Below, one piece after another: positions 1-8,772 of a stretch of DNA of 64,000 nt. Location: the NCBI GenBank assembly GCA_049510745.1, contig JBEKYR010000005.1, positions 96,001 to 160,000 of the forward strand, given 5' to 3'. The notes under the pieces are model-generated. The model made no database searches and was not told the origin of the DNA. It was given only the letters and a program-made list of their open reading frames with translations. A program made the position numbers and the translations under genes. Every line of letters starts with the position of its first letter. Position 1 is the first letter of the stretch. The stretch comes from Verrucomicrobiota bacterium (lineage in GTDB: Bacteria > Verrucomicrobiota > Verrucomicrobiia > Limisphaerales > Palsa-1400).

Positions 1-1195
1 CCTCGGTCACGCCGTAGTGAAACGGGGCGCGGGCTTTCCATTCGGCGATTTGCTGGTGCCAGGCGGTGAATTTCTTGGCGATGGGCCGCTGGCGGATCAT
101 TTCGTTGAGCCGGTGCAGGGCGTATTTGATGTCGCTTTCGATGGCCAACTGCACCTTGCGGTTCTTGTTGTGCTCGGACTGGTCGATGTCGATATGCACA
201 ATCGTGCCGGATTTGCAGAATTCATCCACCTTGCCGGTGACGCGGTCATCGAAGCGCACGCCAAAGGCCAGCAGCAAATCGGCGCCCGGTTTGATCTTGA
301 CCAGGGGTTCGTCCACGCTCTTGCGCTGTTTGTATTCGCCGCTGACGGCCCAATTGGCGTAGGCGGCGCCATGCATGCCCAGCCAGCGGAGGGACAGCGG
401 GTGTGTTTCCGGAAACGCGCCGCAGCCCATGAGGGTGGTGGTGACAGGAATCTGCGTGGCTTCGACAAATTGCCGCAACTCGGCCGCGGCTTCTCCCGTG
501 ATGATGCCGCCGCCGCAATAGAGCACGGGCCGCTCGGCCTTTTCCAGCAAGCCGATGATTTCGTTGAGCGCCAGGTCATCGGCCCTTTTGTCCGGATTGT
601 ATCCGGGCAAGGTGACCCCCGCGGGCCAGACGGGCTGGGTTTTGGCCTGCTGGAGGTTCTTGGGGAAATCGATCACCACCGGGCCGGGCCGGCCGGTGGA
701 GGCGATGTAAAAGGCCTCTTTGACAATGCGGGCGATGTCGTTGACGTCGGTGATGAGATAGCTATGTTTGACAATGGGCAGGGTCAGGCCGAAGAAATCC
801 GTTTCCTGGAAGGCCCCCTTGCCGATCATCGACTGCGGCACCTGGCCGGTGATGGCGATCAAGGGGACCGAATCCATGTAAGCGTCGGCGATGGGGGTGA
901 CGAGGTTGGTGGCGCCCGGGCCGCTGGTGGCCATGCAAACGCCCGGCCTGCCGGTGGCGCGCGCGTAGCCGCCGGCGGCGAAGGAGCCGCCTTGCTCGTG
1001 GCGGGGCAGGATGGTGCGAATGGCCGAGCGGGTCAGCGACTGATGGATTTCCATGCTGGCCCCGCCGGGATAGGCGAAGAGGCATTCGACTCCCTCGCGT
1101 TCCAAGGCCCGGACGAGGATATCGCGCCCCAACATCGGCTCGCCGATGCCGGCTTTGGGCGCTGCTGTTTTCTTTGTTCGGATTTTCGTGCTCAT
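1..1195 (-). CDS. ilvB: Acetolactate synthase large subunit (runs off the left window edge)
   Basis: Manual minus-strand translation from ATG 1195: MSTKIRTKK...[16 protein letters not shown]...[38 protein letters not shown], the canonical AHAS N-terminus. Absent from the ORF track because it is truncated. Confidence 0.95.
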   Translation of the reverse strand, partial: MSTKIRTKKTAAPKAGIGEPMLGRDILVRALEREGVECLFAYPGGASMEIHQSLTRSAIRTILPRHEQGGSFAAGGYARATGRPGVCMATSGPGATNLVTPIADAYMDSVPLIAITGQVPQSMIGKGAFQETDFFGLTLPIVKHSYLITDVNDIARIVKEAFYIASTGRPGPVVIDFPKNLQQAKTQPVWPAGVTLPGYNPDKRADDLALNEIIGLLEKAERPVLYCGGGIITGEAAAELRQFVEATQIPVTTTLMGCGAFPETHPLSLRWLGMHGAAYANWAVSGEYKQRKSVDEPLVKIKPGADLLLAFGVRFDDRVTGKVDEFCKSGTIVHIDIDQSEHNKNRKVQLAIESDIKYALHRLNEMIRQRPIAKKFTAWHQQIAEWKARAPFHYGVTE

Positions 1196-1225
1196 ATCTT
1201 CATTTGGCTGGGGGGGGCCGGGGCC

Positions 1226-1260
1226 AAAAAAAAAGCCCACGACCGTGACCAGCCGTGGGT
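1226..1260 (-). terminator. Attenuator terminator upstream of ilvB
   Basis: Minus strand ACCCACG-GCTGGTCACGGT-CGTGGGC followed by T9, 30 nt before the ilvB start. Confidence 0.85.
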
Positions 1261-1275
1261 AGTTATCAACCTGCG

Positions 1276-1359
1276 CTAAACGCGACAAGTCCCCGCGGCG
1301 TGGCCGCCTGCGACGACGACTACGCCCGACAGATTGACTTGCGGCACATTGCCTGACAT
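1276..1359 (-). CDS. ilv leader peptide (27 aa, [27 protein letters not shown])
   Basis: Four consecutive Val codons; the stop codon is immediately upstream of the terminator hairpin preceding ilvB. Confidence 0.8.
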   Translation of the reverse strand: MSGNVPQVNLSGVVVVAGGHAAGTCRV

Positions 1360-1365
1360 GCGACC

Positions 1366-1394
1366 AGAATAGTGGAGTGGCGGCAGCGGGTCAA
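1366..1394 (-). promoter_or_regulatory. Sigma70-type promoter for the ilv leader (leaderless transcript)
   Basis: TTGACC-17 nt-TATTCT, then 6 nt to the leader ATG. Confidence 0.65.
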
Positions 1395-1513
1395 GCAGGG
1401 AATTGGCTTGTTTCGTTTTTTTCGCGCTCGCCCGGCGCTGGATTTGTGGCAGGGAATGGCAAACGAGATGGATCGGACGCTCCGTGAAGAAGCGCCGTAG
1501 TGTGTCTCCCGGA

Positions 1514-2950
1514 TCAGCGCGCGCCGGCCCCGCTGCCGCTGCCGAAGCCCAACCCGCCGGCCGGGCCGGTCGCGGGGGACTGGCTGCCGGCGGTGTTCCC
1601 CGGGCGCAAACTCAACGGCGTTTGCAGCGCGGGCTGATTTTGGGAGCCGCCAAAAAGGGCGCCAACGGCTGCCTGCATGACGGCCGGGTCGGCGCTGTCA
1701 ATTGGAAAGATGGAGACAAAGCGCATGTCCTTGTCGCCCTCATCCCATTTGGCGATCAAACCGCGAATGGTCGTCATGGAAGTCCTCGAGGCGGTGATGG
1801 CAACGGATTGGGTGCGCCGGTCGGCCACAGCGCAGACGCTGGCTTGGCGTTTCAGGCGGTTGCTTTCATTCGCGCGGCCGGATGACGGCGATGCCATCCC
1901 AGGCGGGCCGAACTGAAAACCCGCCGTCCGGCTGTTCTGGTCCGAAGTTCCGGCGGGGGCGGCGAACAGCGCGGAGATTTGGTCGGCGATCTCCGTTGGG
2001 TCAGCGTGCTGGAGGGGGAAGATCTCGATCTCGGTGATGTCCTGGCTTGGTTTGTCCAATTGCGCGATGACGTTCGTGATCATCGGCATCGCGCCGGGTG
2101 GCGCGCTGGCGATGACCGCGTTCATTTGCTCGTCGGACACGAAGACGGCATGAGTCTGCGCGTTTTTTGAGTTGGGATCGGCGCCGGCGCCGCCGTCAGC
2201 GGGGTTGAAGCCGGCCGCCACGCCGCGCCCAAACCTCCGCGGGTTGGCGCGGATGACCTCCGCATCGGCGCTTTGGAAAGCCTCCTTCAACTCCGCCGCG
2301 ACGGACCTGGCATCGGCGTAAGTGAGAACAAAGACCTCAATCTCGGAAATGGCGGTGCTGTCCAAAGCGGCGATAATCGCGGCGATGCGGCGAACGTCTT
2401 TTTGCGGAGCGGTCATGAGGAGGGCGTTTCCCGCCTCGTTGGCGGTGACCGTGTCGGCGGCCGGAATCAACGGCTCAAGGTCTTTGGCCAGTTGACCGGG
2501 GTTCAAGGCATGCACCGGCAGGATTCCGGTCACGATTTCATTGTTGACTGGAATCTTCGCCGGATCGTTGGCGACGACCAGCGGCGTCAGCGCGCTGGTC
2601 CGGGCGCGGCTGGCATCCATAATGGTCAGAGTCCGGCCCCGGCGCAGGGCGGCGTAATTGTTCCGGCTCAGTTGGTCGCTGAGCAAATCGACCGCCTCGC
2701 TGGCGGTGACCGGTTGCCGCGCAGCCACGCTGACTTTGCCCGTCAAATCCACCTCCGAATCGACAATCAACCCCGCCTTGGCGCTGAGGTAATTGACCAC
2801 CGCGCTCAAAGGTGCGTCGTGGAAGTTCAGGAAAAGGCCGGCGCCGGGCGTCGGCTCCGCGGGCAGGGCGGCGTTGTCTTCCGCGGCCGAGCCGAGCCGG
2901 ACGACCGCGAAGGCGGCTGATAGTATCGCAAGGAAGTTTCTTGTATTCAT
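1514..2950 (-). CDS. Secretin N-terminal (GspD-like N-domain repeat) protein, apparently lacking the C-terminal secretin domain
   Basis: Signal peptide MNTRNFLAIL..., LNFHDAPLSAVVNYLS N0-like segment, repeated 'F.L.(Y/H)AD..E...L..LF / VADRRTQSV' N-domains. Start chosen at 2950 because a sigma54 motif lies just upstream. Confidence 0.75.
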   Translation of the reverse strand: MNTRNFLAILSAAFAVVRLGSAAEDNAALPAEPTPGAGLFLNFHDAPLSAVVNYLSAKAGLIVDSEVDLTGKVSVAARQPVTASEAVDLLSDQLSRNNYAALRRGRTLTIMDASRARTSALTPLVVANDPAKIPVNNEIVTGILPVHALNPGQLAKDLEPLIPAADTVTANEAGNALLMTAPQKDVRRIAAIIAALDSTAISEIEVFVLTYADARSVAAELKEAFQSADAEVIRANPRRFGRGVAAGFNPADGGAGADPNSKNAQTHAVFVSDEQMNAVIASAPPGAMPMITNVIAQLDKPSQDITEIEIFPLQHADPTEIADQISALFAAPAGTSDQNSRTAGFQFGPPGMASPSSGRANESNRLKRQASVCAVADRRTQSVAITASRTSMTTIRGLIAKWDEGDKDMRFVSIFPIDSADPAVMQAAVGALFGGSQNQPALQTPLSLRPGNTAGSQSPATGPAGGLGFGSGSGAGAR

Positions 2951-2979
2951 TTTATGGCACGATGTGCGAAACCACCTGA

Positions 2980-2995
2980 GGCAAGTCGTGTGCCA
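2980..2995 (-). promoter_or_regulatory. Sigma54 -24/-12 promoter for the secretin-N gene
   Basis: Minus strand TGGCACACGACTTGCC matches TGGCAC-N5-TTGC, 30 nt upstream of ATG 2950. Confidence 0.75.
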
Positions 2996-3162
2996 ACTGC
3001 CGTCCCGGCGCAGCCCGGCGCAAAAGGCCCGTGGGCCGCGCAACAGATGCTCAAAAACAGGCTGGCGTCGCGCAGGGATTGCGCGCTGATCGGCGATCAA
3101 AGTTCTTGCGGGGAAAAACGCGGCAGGATCAGGCGTGATGAACGGCCTGCCTCCCTGTCCAA

Positions 3163-3984
3163 TTGCATGTGAACACGAAAAGGCTCAGACGCCGGAGGCC
3201 GATTCGGTCTTCGGCCGCAAGAGCATTCACGCTGGTCGAACTGCTGGTGGTGATGGCCATCATCTCGATCTTGGCGGCGCTCCTCTTGCCGGCGCTGGCC
3301 AAGGCCAAAGCCCAGGGATACTCCACCACCTGCAAAAACCACCTGCACCAAATGGGCCTCGCGCTGGAAATGTATGTCCACGAAAACCGACACGAATATC
3401 CTTACCTGGTTTCCAGTACGGCGATATGGTTCGACAGCCTTTCGCCTTACTACCCAGTCAAATGGACCGACCGAGCGTACCATTGCCCGGGATACAAAGG
3501 AGCCCTCTCGCTCTTCGCGGGGAGGCTGCCGCACGACCCGCTTGGCAGCTATGCTTACAACGCCTGGGGCGTTGGGAGCTGTGACTCCCTGTCTCCATCC
3601 TATCTGCATGGTCTTGTGAGTCTCGGCCTTGCTGGCAGGGGGCGAAAAGCGCCTCCCATTTCCGAGTCCCAGGTAAAAGCGCCGAGCGAGATGCTTGCCA
3701 TTGGCGAATCCAGGCACAGAGGCGAACGGGAGGTGTCCAATGACTCCTGCGTCTTCATTATGTTTTGCGGCAACATTTGGGGAAGGCATGTCCCGGAAAA
3801 TTATTACGGCAACCCCCCGCTCCCGGAGCGGCACGGAAAGAACTACAATCAGCTCTTCTGCGATGGACACGTTGCGTCAATGGATCCCCGCATTTTGTTC
3901 AATCCCACCAATACAGCCGCGCTGTGGAACTACGACCACCAGCCGCATCCGGAACTATGGACCGGTCTTGACGTTCAGCCCTGA
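3163..3984 (+). CDS. Prepilin-type N-terminal cleavage/methylation protein with H-X9-DG C-terminal motif
   Basis: [29 protein letters not shown]...C.NHLHQMG; C-terminal [14 protein letters not shown]. Confidence 0.92.
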   Translation: MHVNTKRLRRRRPIRSSAARAFTLVELLVVMAIISILAALLLPALAKAKAQGYSTTCKNHLHQMGLALEMYVHENRHEYPYLVSSTAIWFDSLSPYYPVKWTDRAYHCPGYKGALSLFAGRLPHDPLGSYAYNAWGVGSCDSLSPSYLHGLVSLGLAGRGRKAPPISESQVKAPSEMLAIGESRHRGEREVSNDSCVFIMFCGNIWGRHVPENYYGNPPLPERHGKNYNQLFCDGHVASMDPRILFNPTNTAALWNYDHQPHPELWTGLDVQP

Positions 3985-3993
3985 CGCGGGCGG

Positions 3994-5328
3994 CTACGCT
4001 TTGCGTGCCGCGGGCAAAAGCACTTCGCTGCCTTCGCGGGCGGCTTCGACGATGAGATCGGAGTGGCGGTTGGCAGCCATTTGACGGGCGCGCGCCACCA
4101 TGCGCGAAATCTGCTCGTCGGTGTGGTCCGGGTCGTGGTGAAAGAGATAGAGGCGCTTGACGCCGGCGTGGAGGGCGAAGGCGACGGAATCTTCCACGCA
4201 ACTGTGGCCCCAGCCGACGTGCTGGTCGTATTCGGCGGCGTCGTATTGGGAATCCAGAATGAGCAGGTCAGAGCCGCGGATGAAATCGACCAGACTGCGG
4301 TCCTCTTCGGGAGCCGTCTGACGCTCTTCGCGCGGGACCACCTTGGTGTCGGCTTTCCAGCGCTCGCGCAGGCGCCGGAAAAGTTCGACATCGGGCAAAT
4401 AAGCGATGGAGCCGCCCGGGGTGAAGAGGCGGTAGCCGGTGCAGATGCCGGGATGGTTGAGGAAGTGGGCCTTGACGGGCACGCCGCTGACTTCGAAGCT
4501 CATCTCTTTGAGTTCGTGAATGGTGATGTAGCCGGGCATCTGCTGCATGCTGATGGGGAAATAGGGGCTTTCCATTTGACTGCAAAGGGTGCTGCGCAAT
4601 CCCTGGCTGGCGCCTTCGAAGCCGTAGATGGCCACGATGTTCTTGGGATCATAGGCCGGAAGGAAAAAGGGGAAGCCCTGGATATGGTCCCAATGCGTGT
4701 GGGTGATGAGCAGGTTCAAGTTAATGGGCCGGTCTCGGAACTCGCGGATCAGGGCCAGGCCCAGTTTGCGCAGGCCGGTGCCCGCGTCCAGCACGATCAA
4801 CACATCATTGACGCGAATTTCGACGCACGAAGTATTACCCCCATAATGCACGGTGTCCGTTCCGGGAGCGGGAATGGAGCCGCGCACGCCCCAGAATTTC
4901 AAGCGTGTGACGCCTCCCTGTTCCGGAGCGCCATTGAACTGGCAGCCGGATTGGCCTGTTCCCGCCCCGGCGACGCGCGCCAGGAACTGATCCAGCAGAG
5001 GGTAATTGAGGGGTTTGGGGAGATACTCGTCCGCGCCGCATTCCAAGGCGCTGAATTTTTCGGCGCCATTCCCGGCGCCGGTGGCGATGATGACAGGCCG
5101 CGGGCCGGCCGTGTCCGATTGCGCCTCCAATTCGCGGCAAAAGCCCAGGCCATTATTCGAGACGGAGGGCCAGTCGCAGAGGATCAGGGCGGGCAGGTGC
5201 TCGCGGGCCAGGGCGAGGGCGCGCTGGCGGTCTGGCGCGTCCAGGACACGCCAGCCCCGTTCGTTCAGCCAGGGCATCAGCCGGCTGCGAACAGACTGCT
5301 CACTTTCCACGACCAAAACCGTTTTCAT
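3994..5328 (-). CDS. Response-regulator receiver fused to MBL-fold metallo-hydrolase
   Basis: REC domain (LILCDW, GADEYLPKP) followed by WGVRGS..GGNTSC..DAGTG..THTHWDH..FHHDP. Confidence 0.9.
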   Translation of the reverse strand: MKTVLVVESEQSVRSRLMPWLNERGWRVLDAPDRQRALALAREHLPALILCDWPSVSNNGLGFCRELEAQSDTAGPRPVIIATGAGNGAEKFSALECGADEYLPKPLNYPLLDQFLARVAGAGTGQSGCQFNGAPEQGGVTRLKFWGVRGSIPAPGTDTVHYGGNTSCVEIRVNDVLIVLDAGTGLRKLGLALIREFRDRPINLNLLITHTHWDHIQGFPFFLPAYDPKNIVAIYGFEGASQGLRSTLCSQMESPYFPISMQQMPGYITIHELKEMSFEVSGVPVKAHFLNHPGICTGYRLFTPGGSIAYLPDVELFRRLRERWKADTKVVPREERQTAPEEDRSLVDFIRGSDLLILDSQYDAAEYDQHVGWGHSCVEDSVAFALHAGVKRLYLFHHDPDHTDEQISRMVARARQMAANRHSDLIVEAAREGSEVLLPAARKA

Positions 5329-5415
5329 GGTGGCACCGTTATTGTCACATATCTGTAATAAAAGGCAAGTCTTTGTTTGACACCTCTGCGGGCCGGTTTT
5401 GGGCCAATAAGACGA

Positions 5416-5445
5416 AGGCCGGGAGACTTCTCGCTCTCCCGGCCT
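5416..5445 (-). terminator. Hairpin downstream of the hsp20 pair
   Basis: AGGCCGGGAGA...TCTCCCGGCCT inverted repeat ~25 nt after the stop. Confidence 0.55.
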
Positions 5446-5469
5446 GTTGTCAAATGAAACCGCCCTTGT

Positions 5470-5850
5470 TTAGCTCACCTTGATTCTGCGGGGCTTGACC
5501 TGCTCGGTCTTGGGCAGGGTGAGGGTCAGGATGCCCTGCTCGATCTTGGCGGCGATTTTCGCCGTGTCGATGGTCGGGTCCAATTCAAAGACCCGGCGGT
5601 AATCGGCGTTTTCCGATTCGCGGTAGAGAAGGCTTGCGCCAAACTCGGCCTGCCTTCGGCCAACAATTGTTAACTCGTTGTTGTCCAAGCTGATATCCAG
5701 GCCTTCCTTGTTCACTCCCGGCAATTCCGCTTCCAGGACGTAGCCGTCCTGGTTCTCGACGATGTTGACTTTCGGCGTGAGAAACTCACGCTCGGTGTCC
5801 GCCGGTTGCGGGCAAACGGGTTTTTCCTGCTGTTGAGCAACTGCGTTCAT
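5470..5850 (-). CDS. Hsp20/alpha-crystallin small heat-shock protein
   Basis: PKVNIVE...AELPGVNKEGLDI...YRRVFEL...AKIEQGILTLTLPK. Confidence 0.95.
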   Translation of the reverse strand: MNAVAQQQEKPVCPQPADTEREFLTPKVNIVENQDGYVLEAELPGVNKEGLDISLDNNELTIVGRRQAEFGASLLYRESENADYRRVFELDPTIDTAKIAAKIEQGILTLTLPKTEQVKPRRIKVS

Positions 5851-5901
5851 AAGTTCCTTTCGTTTCCCGGGCAAGCTGCGCTCGCCCGGCAGTGGGGGTT
5901 G

Positions 5902-6390
5902 TTATTTGACCGTAATGGGGATTTGTTTCGGCTTCGCTTCCTCCGCTTTGGGCAGAGTGACCGTCAGGACACCGTCGGTGTAGGTGGCCTTGATTTTTTC
6001 CGCATCGACCCTGCAAGGCAGGCTGATGGTGCGATGAAAACGGCCCAGCCAGCGTTCCGAGCGGTAGGTCTCCGCCGTCTCGTACTTCTCCTCCTGTTTC
6101 CGTTCGCCGGAGAGGGTCAGATAGCCGTCGTGCAGCGAGATTTCGATGTCTTCCTTTTTCATGCCCGGCACTTCCGCCCTGACGACCAGGCTGTCTTTGT
6201 CCTCGTACAAATCCACCGCCGGAAACCAGCCTTCGAGCAATTGTGTGCTCTGCTCGGAATCCTGGGGCGATCCCAAGAACCGTCCAAGGGTCAGGTTGAA
6301 CAGATTATCCACTTCGTCCCGCAAGGTCGCGATGCGACGAACCGGGGCCACGCTCGATAAGTTAGGCTTTTGCCATCTTGTTAACGTCAT
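5902..6390 (-). CDS. Hsp20/alpha-crystallin small heat-shock protein
   Basis: PAVDLYED...AEVPGMKKEDI...GRFHRTISLP...ATYTDGVLTVTLPK. Confidence 0.95.
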   Translation of the reverse strand: MTLTRWQKPNLSSVAPVRRIATLRDEVDNLFNLTLGRFLGSPQDSEQSTQLLEGWFPAVDLYEDKDSLVVRAEVPGMKKEDIEISLHDGYLTLSGERKQEEKYETAETYRSERWLGRFHRTISLPCRVDAEKIKATYTDGVLTVTLPKAEEAKPKQIPITVK

Positions 6391-6457
6391 AGGTCTTCCT
6401 TTCTCTATCTCAAAATGTTGTTTGTTAAGACTGTTTCAGTTCTTCGATGTTCTGAAT

Positions 6458-6473
6458 AGCGTTTCCTGTGCCA
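6458..6473 (-). promoter_or_regulatory. Probable sigma54 promoter for the hsp20 pair
   Basis: Minus strand TGGCACAGGAAACGCT (GG-N10-GC spacing intact), with an AT-rich upstream tract. Confidence 0.55.
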
Positions 6474-6607
6474 AAACATTCAAAAGTCATAAGATGCTAC
6501 TGCACAATAATATACGACTTACAATATTATAAACCCAGTTTCATAAAGAGACAAAGTGACTCATATTGAGAGTTGATTGAAGTGTCATTATGTCCCACAA
6601 TGACCGC

Positions 6608-6636
6608 AAAAACGCCGCCTTCCGAGGGCGGCGAAG
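6608..6636 (-). terminator. Intrinsic terminator after fba
   Basis: Minus strand CGCCGCCC-TCGG-AAGGCGGCG followed by T5. Confidence 0.7.
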
Positions 6637-6648
6637 CTTCACTCAGTA

Positions 6649-7614
6649 TTAATCAAAGGCGTGCCCCGCGCAGCAGAGGACATCCCGAATCTTATGGCGG
6701 ACAAGCTCTTTGACGCCGGTTCGGGCCGGGCCGAGGTACTTGCGGGGGTCGAACTCTTTGGGGTTTTCGGCGAAACATTTGCGAATGGCGGCTGTCATCG
6801 CCAGGCGCAGGTCAGTGTCAATGTTGACTTTGGTGCAGCCGACCCGGCGGGCGATTTCGATGTCGGCTTCCGGCACGCCTGCGGTGTCTTCGCCCAATTT
6901 GCCGCCGTATTTATTGATCTCCTGGACCAGGTCCTTGGGGACGCTGGAAGCGCCGTGCAAAACCAGCGGATAATCGCCCAGGCCGGCATCCATCAGCGCC
7001 TTTTTGATCGCGCGCAGGCGGTCCAAATCCAGCCGTTGTTCTCCCTTGAACTTGTAGGCGCCATGCGAGTTGCCGATGGCGACGGCCAGGGAATCAACGC
7101 CCGTCTGGCGGACAAACGCCACGGCTTCCTCCGGGTGCGTATAGACGCCCCCTTTTGAATAGCCGCCGCCCTCTTCGCCGTCGTCGTGTTGCGCGCCGAC
7201 GAGCATGCCCAATTCGCCTTCCACCACGCAGTTATGCTTGTGGGCGTAATCGACGACGCGCCTGCAGATTTCGGCGTTTTTCTCAAATGGCTCGTGGCTG
7301 CCGTCGATCATCACGCTAGTAAAGCCCTCGTCGATGCATTCCTTGCAGAGATCGAACGAATCGCCATGATCCAAGTGGACGGCAATGGGGATGTTGGAGG
7401 TGCTGACGGCGGCCTCGATGAGTTTCTTGAGATAAACGGGGCTGGCATATTGGCGGGCGCCTTTGGAGATTTGGAGCATGACAGGGGCCTTTTCCTCCTC
7501 GCAAGCCTCGACGATGGCCTGGAGCAGCTCCATGTTATTGACGTTAAAGGCCCCAAGGGCGTATTTGCCTTTGAGCGCTTTGGCGAACAGATCCTTAGTA
7601 TGTGTCAGTGGCAT
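6649..7614 (-). CDS. fba: Class II fructose-bisphosphate aldolase
   Basis: GAFNVNNME, VHLDHG, SVMIDGS, VEGELG, AIGNSHGAYK, VLHGASS, KVNIDTD, FDPRKYL. Confidence 0.97.
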   Translation of the reverse strand: MPLTHTKDLFAKALKGKYALGAFNVNNMELLQAIVEACEEEKAPVMLQISKGARQYASPVYLKKLIEAAVSTSNIPIAVHLDHGDSFDLCKECIDEGFTSVMIDGSHEPFEKNAEICRRVVDYAHKHNCVVEGELGMLVGAQHDDGEEGGGYSKGGVYTHPEEAVAFVRQTGVDSLAVAIGNSHGAYKFKGEQRLDLDRLRAIKKALMDAGLGDYPLVLHGASSVPKDLVQEINKYGGKLGEDTAGVPEADIEIARRVGCTKVNIDTDLRLAMTAAIRKCFAENPKEFDPRKYLGPARTGVKELVRHKIRDVLCCAGHAFD

Positions 7615-7861
7615 AATCTTTGATCTTTATGCGGGCAACGTGCGGGTTTCCACGTCTCCGGGACCCAGATACTAGGAAGCGCAACGGGAAAGGGGAAGGA
7701 AAAACTACGGCCGGATAAACCGCCCTGCGCGCGGGAGCTGAATTCCAGGCCGGGGCAGGTGGCCGGACCGCCCTGTTTGAGGCTCCAGTGACATCGACGG
7801 ACTTGGGCGGGTTAAAAACCGCTTTACAATTGCGCCGCGCGCGGCATGTTTGGGCGTTTTT

Positions 7862-8002
7862 ATGACGGATACCGACTTGAATTTGTGGGGGCTTATTGCC
7901 GTGCCGGTGGGTTTGGCCATTTGCTTTGGCGTCCCCCTTCTGGTCTGGCTGCGCGATGAAATCCGCGCCGGGGCCGAGGAAAAGAAAAACGCCCGTCACT
8001 GA
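7862..8002 (+). CDS. Small single-TM membrane protein (46 aa), below the ORF-track cutoff
   Basis: MTDTDLNLWGLIAVPVGLAICFGVPLLVWLRDEIRAGAEEKKNARH*: hydrophobic helix plus charged tail, fills the gap between fba and ubiE. Confidence 0.6.
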   Translation: MTDTDLNLWGLIAVPVGLAICFGVPLLVWLRDEIRAGAEEKKNARH

Positions 8003-8017
8003 GCCGCTGAAGCACCT

Positions 8018-8746
8018 TCAGGTTTTTCGCGCGAAATGGATGCTCATCGCGCCGCCAAGCAGGTTGCGTACCCGGATGTCCCGGCAACCCAAGGCCGCCA
8101 TTTTTTCCGCCACGCCGCGCTGCGCGGGATAGTCTTGCAGTGATTCATATATGTAAGCGTGCGTGGCGGAGTCACGGCAAAAAATCCTTCCAAACAGCGG
8201 AACGGCCCATCGCAGCCAGCTAAAATAAAGCCGCCGCCAGAGCCAGCCTTCAGGCTTGCCGAAATCCAGCGCCAGGAGCCTTCCGCCGGGCCGGGCCACG
8301 CGCGCCATCTCTGCCAGGCCGCGTTCCCAACTTTCCAGATTCCTCAGTCCGTAGCCGATGGTGACAATGTCGAAAGAAGCGTCGCCGAAGGGGAGGCGCA
8401 TGGCGTCGCCGCTCATAAACCGCAACGGAGGGGCGGACGGCGCGGCGGGCGGGTTTTTGGCCCGTTTCTCCGCCACCGCCAGCATCGCGGGGCTGAAATC
8501 CAGGCCGACAACTTCCGCGCCGGCGGCGCGCAAGGCGAACGCGATGTCGCCCGTTCCACAGCAGAGGTCCAGCGCTTTTTCGCCCGGTTGCACGGCGGCC
8601 ATTTCGACCAGGAGCTTTTTCCAGCGGCGATGCAGCCAGAAGCTTTGCAGGTCGTTGATCAGGTCGTAACGCGGCGCGATGGCGTCGAAGAGGTCTCCGA
8701 CGCGGGCGGCCCTTTGTTCTCCCGGTTGGTAATACTTGTTGCTCAC
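8018..8746 (-). CDS. ubiE: UbiE/MenG quinone biosynthesis C-methyltransferase
   Basis: FDAIAPRYDLINDLQSF.LHRRWK, LDLCCGTGD, GDAMRLPF, YGLRN, YIYESL. Confidence 0.92.
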   Translation of the reverse strand: MSNKYYQPGEQRAARVGDLFDAIAPRYDLINDLQSFWLHRRWKKLLVEMAAVQPGEKALDLCCGTGDIAFALRAAGAEVVGLDFSPAMLAVAEKRAKNPPAAPSAPPLRFMSGDAMRLPFGDASFDIVTIGYGLRNLESWERGLAEMARVARPGGRLLALDFGKPEGWLWRRLYFSWLRWAVPLFGRIFCRDSATHAYIYESLQDYPAQRGVAEKMAALGCRDIRVRNLLGGAMSIHFARKT

Positions 8747-8772
8747 GCCTTCCGGGCCGATAGTCTCATGTC

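Noticed and set aside
17..1279. 420-aa plus-strand ORF
   Set aside because: Antisense shadow of ilvB. The same applies to long shadow ORFs over carB, pafA, gcvP, pepO, serA, lon and the R-M gene (61656-63041), which is typical of high-GC DNA.
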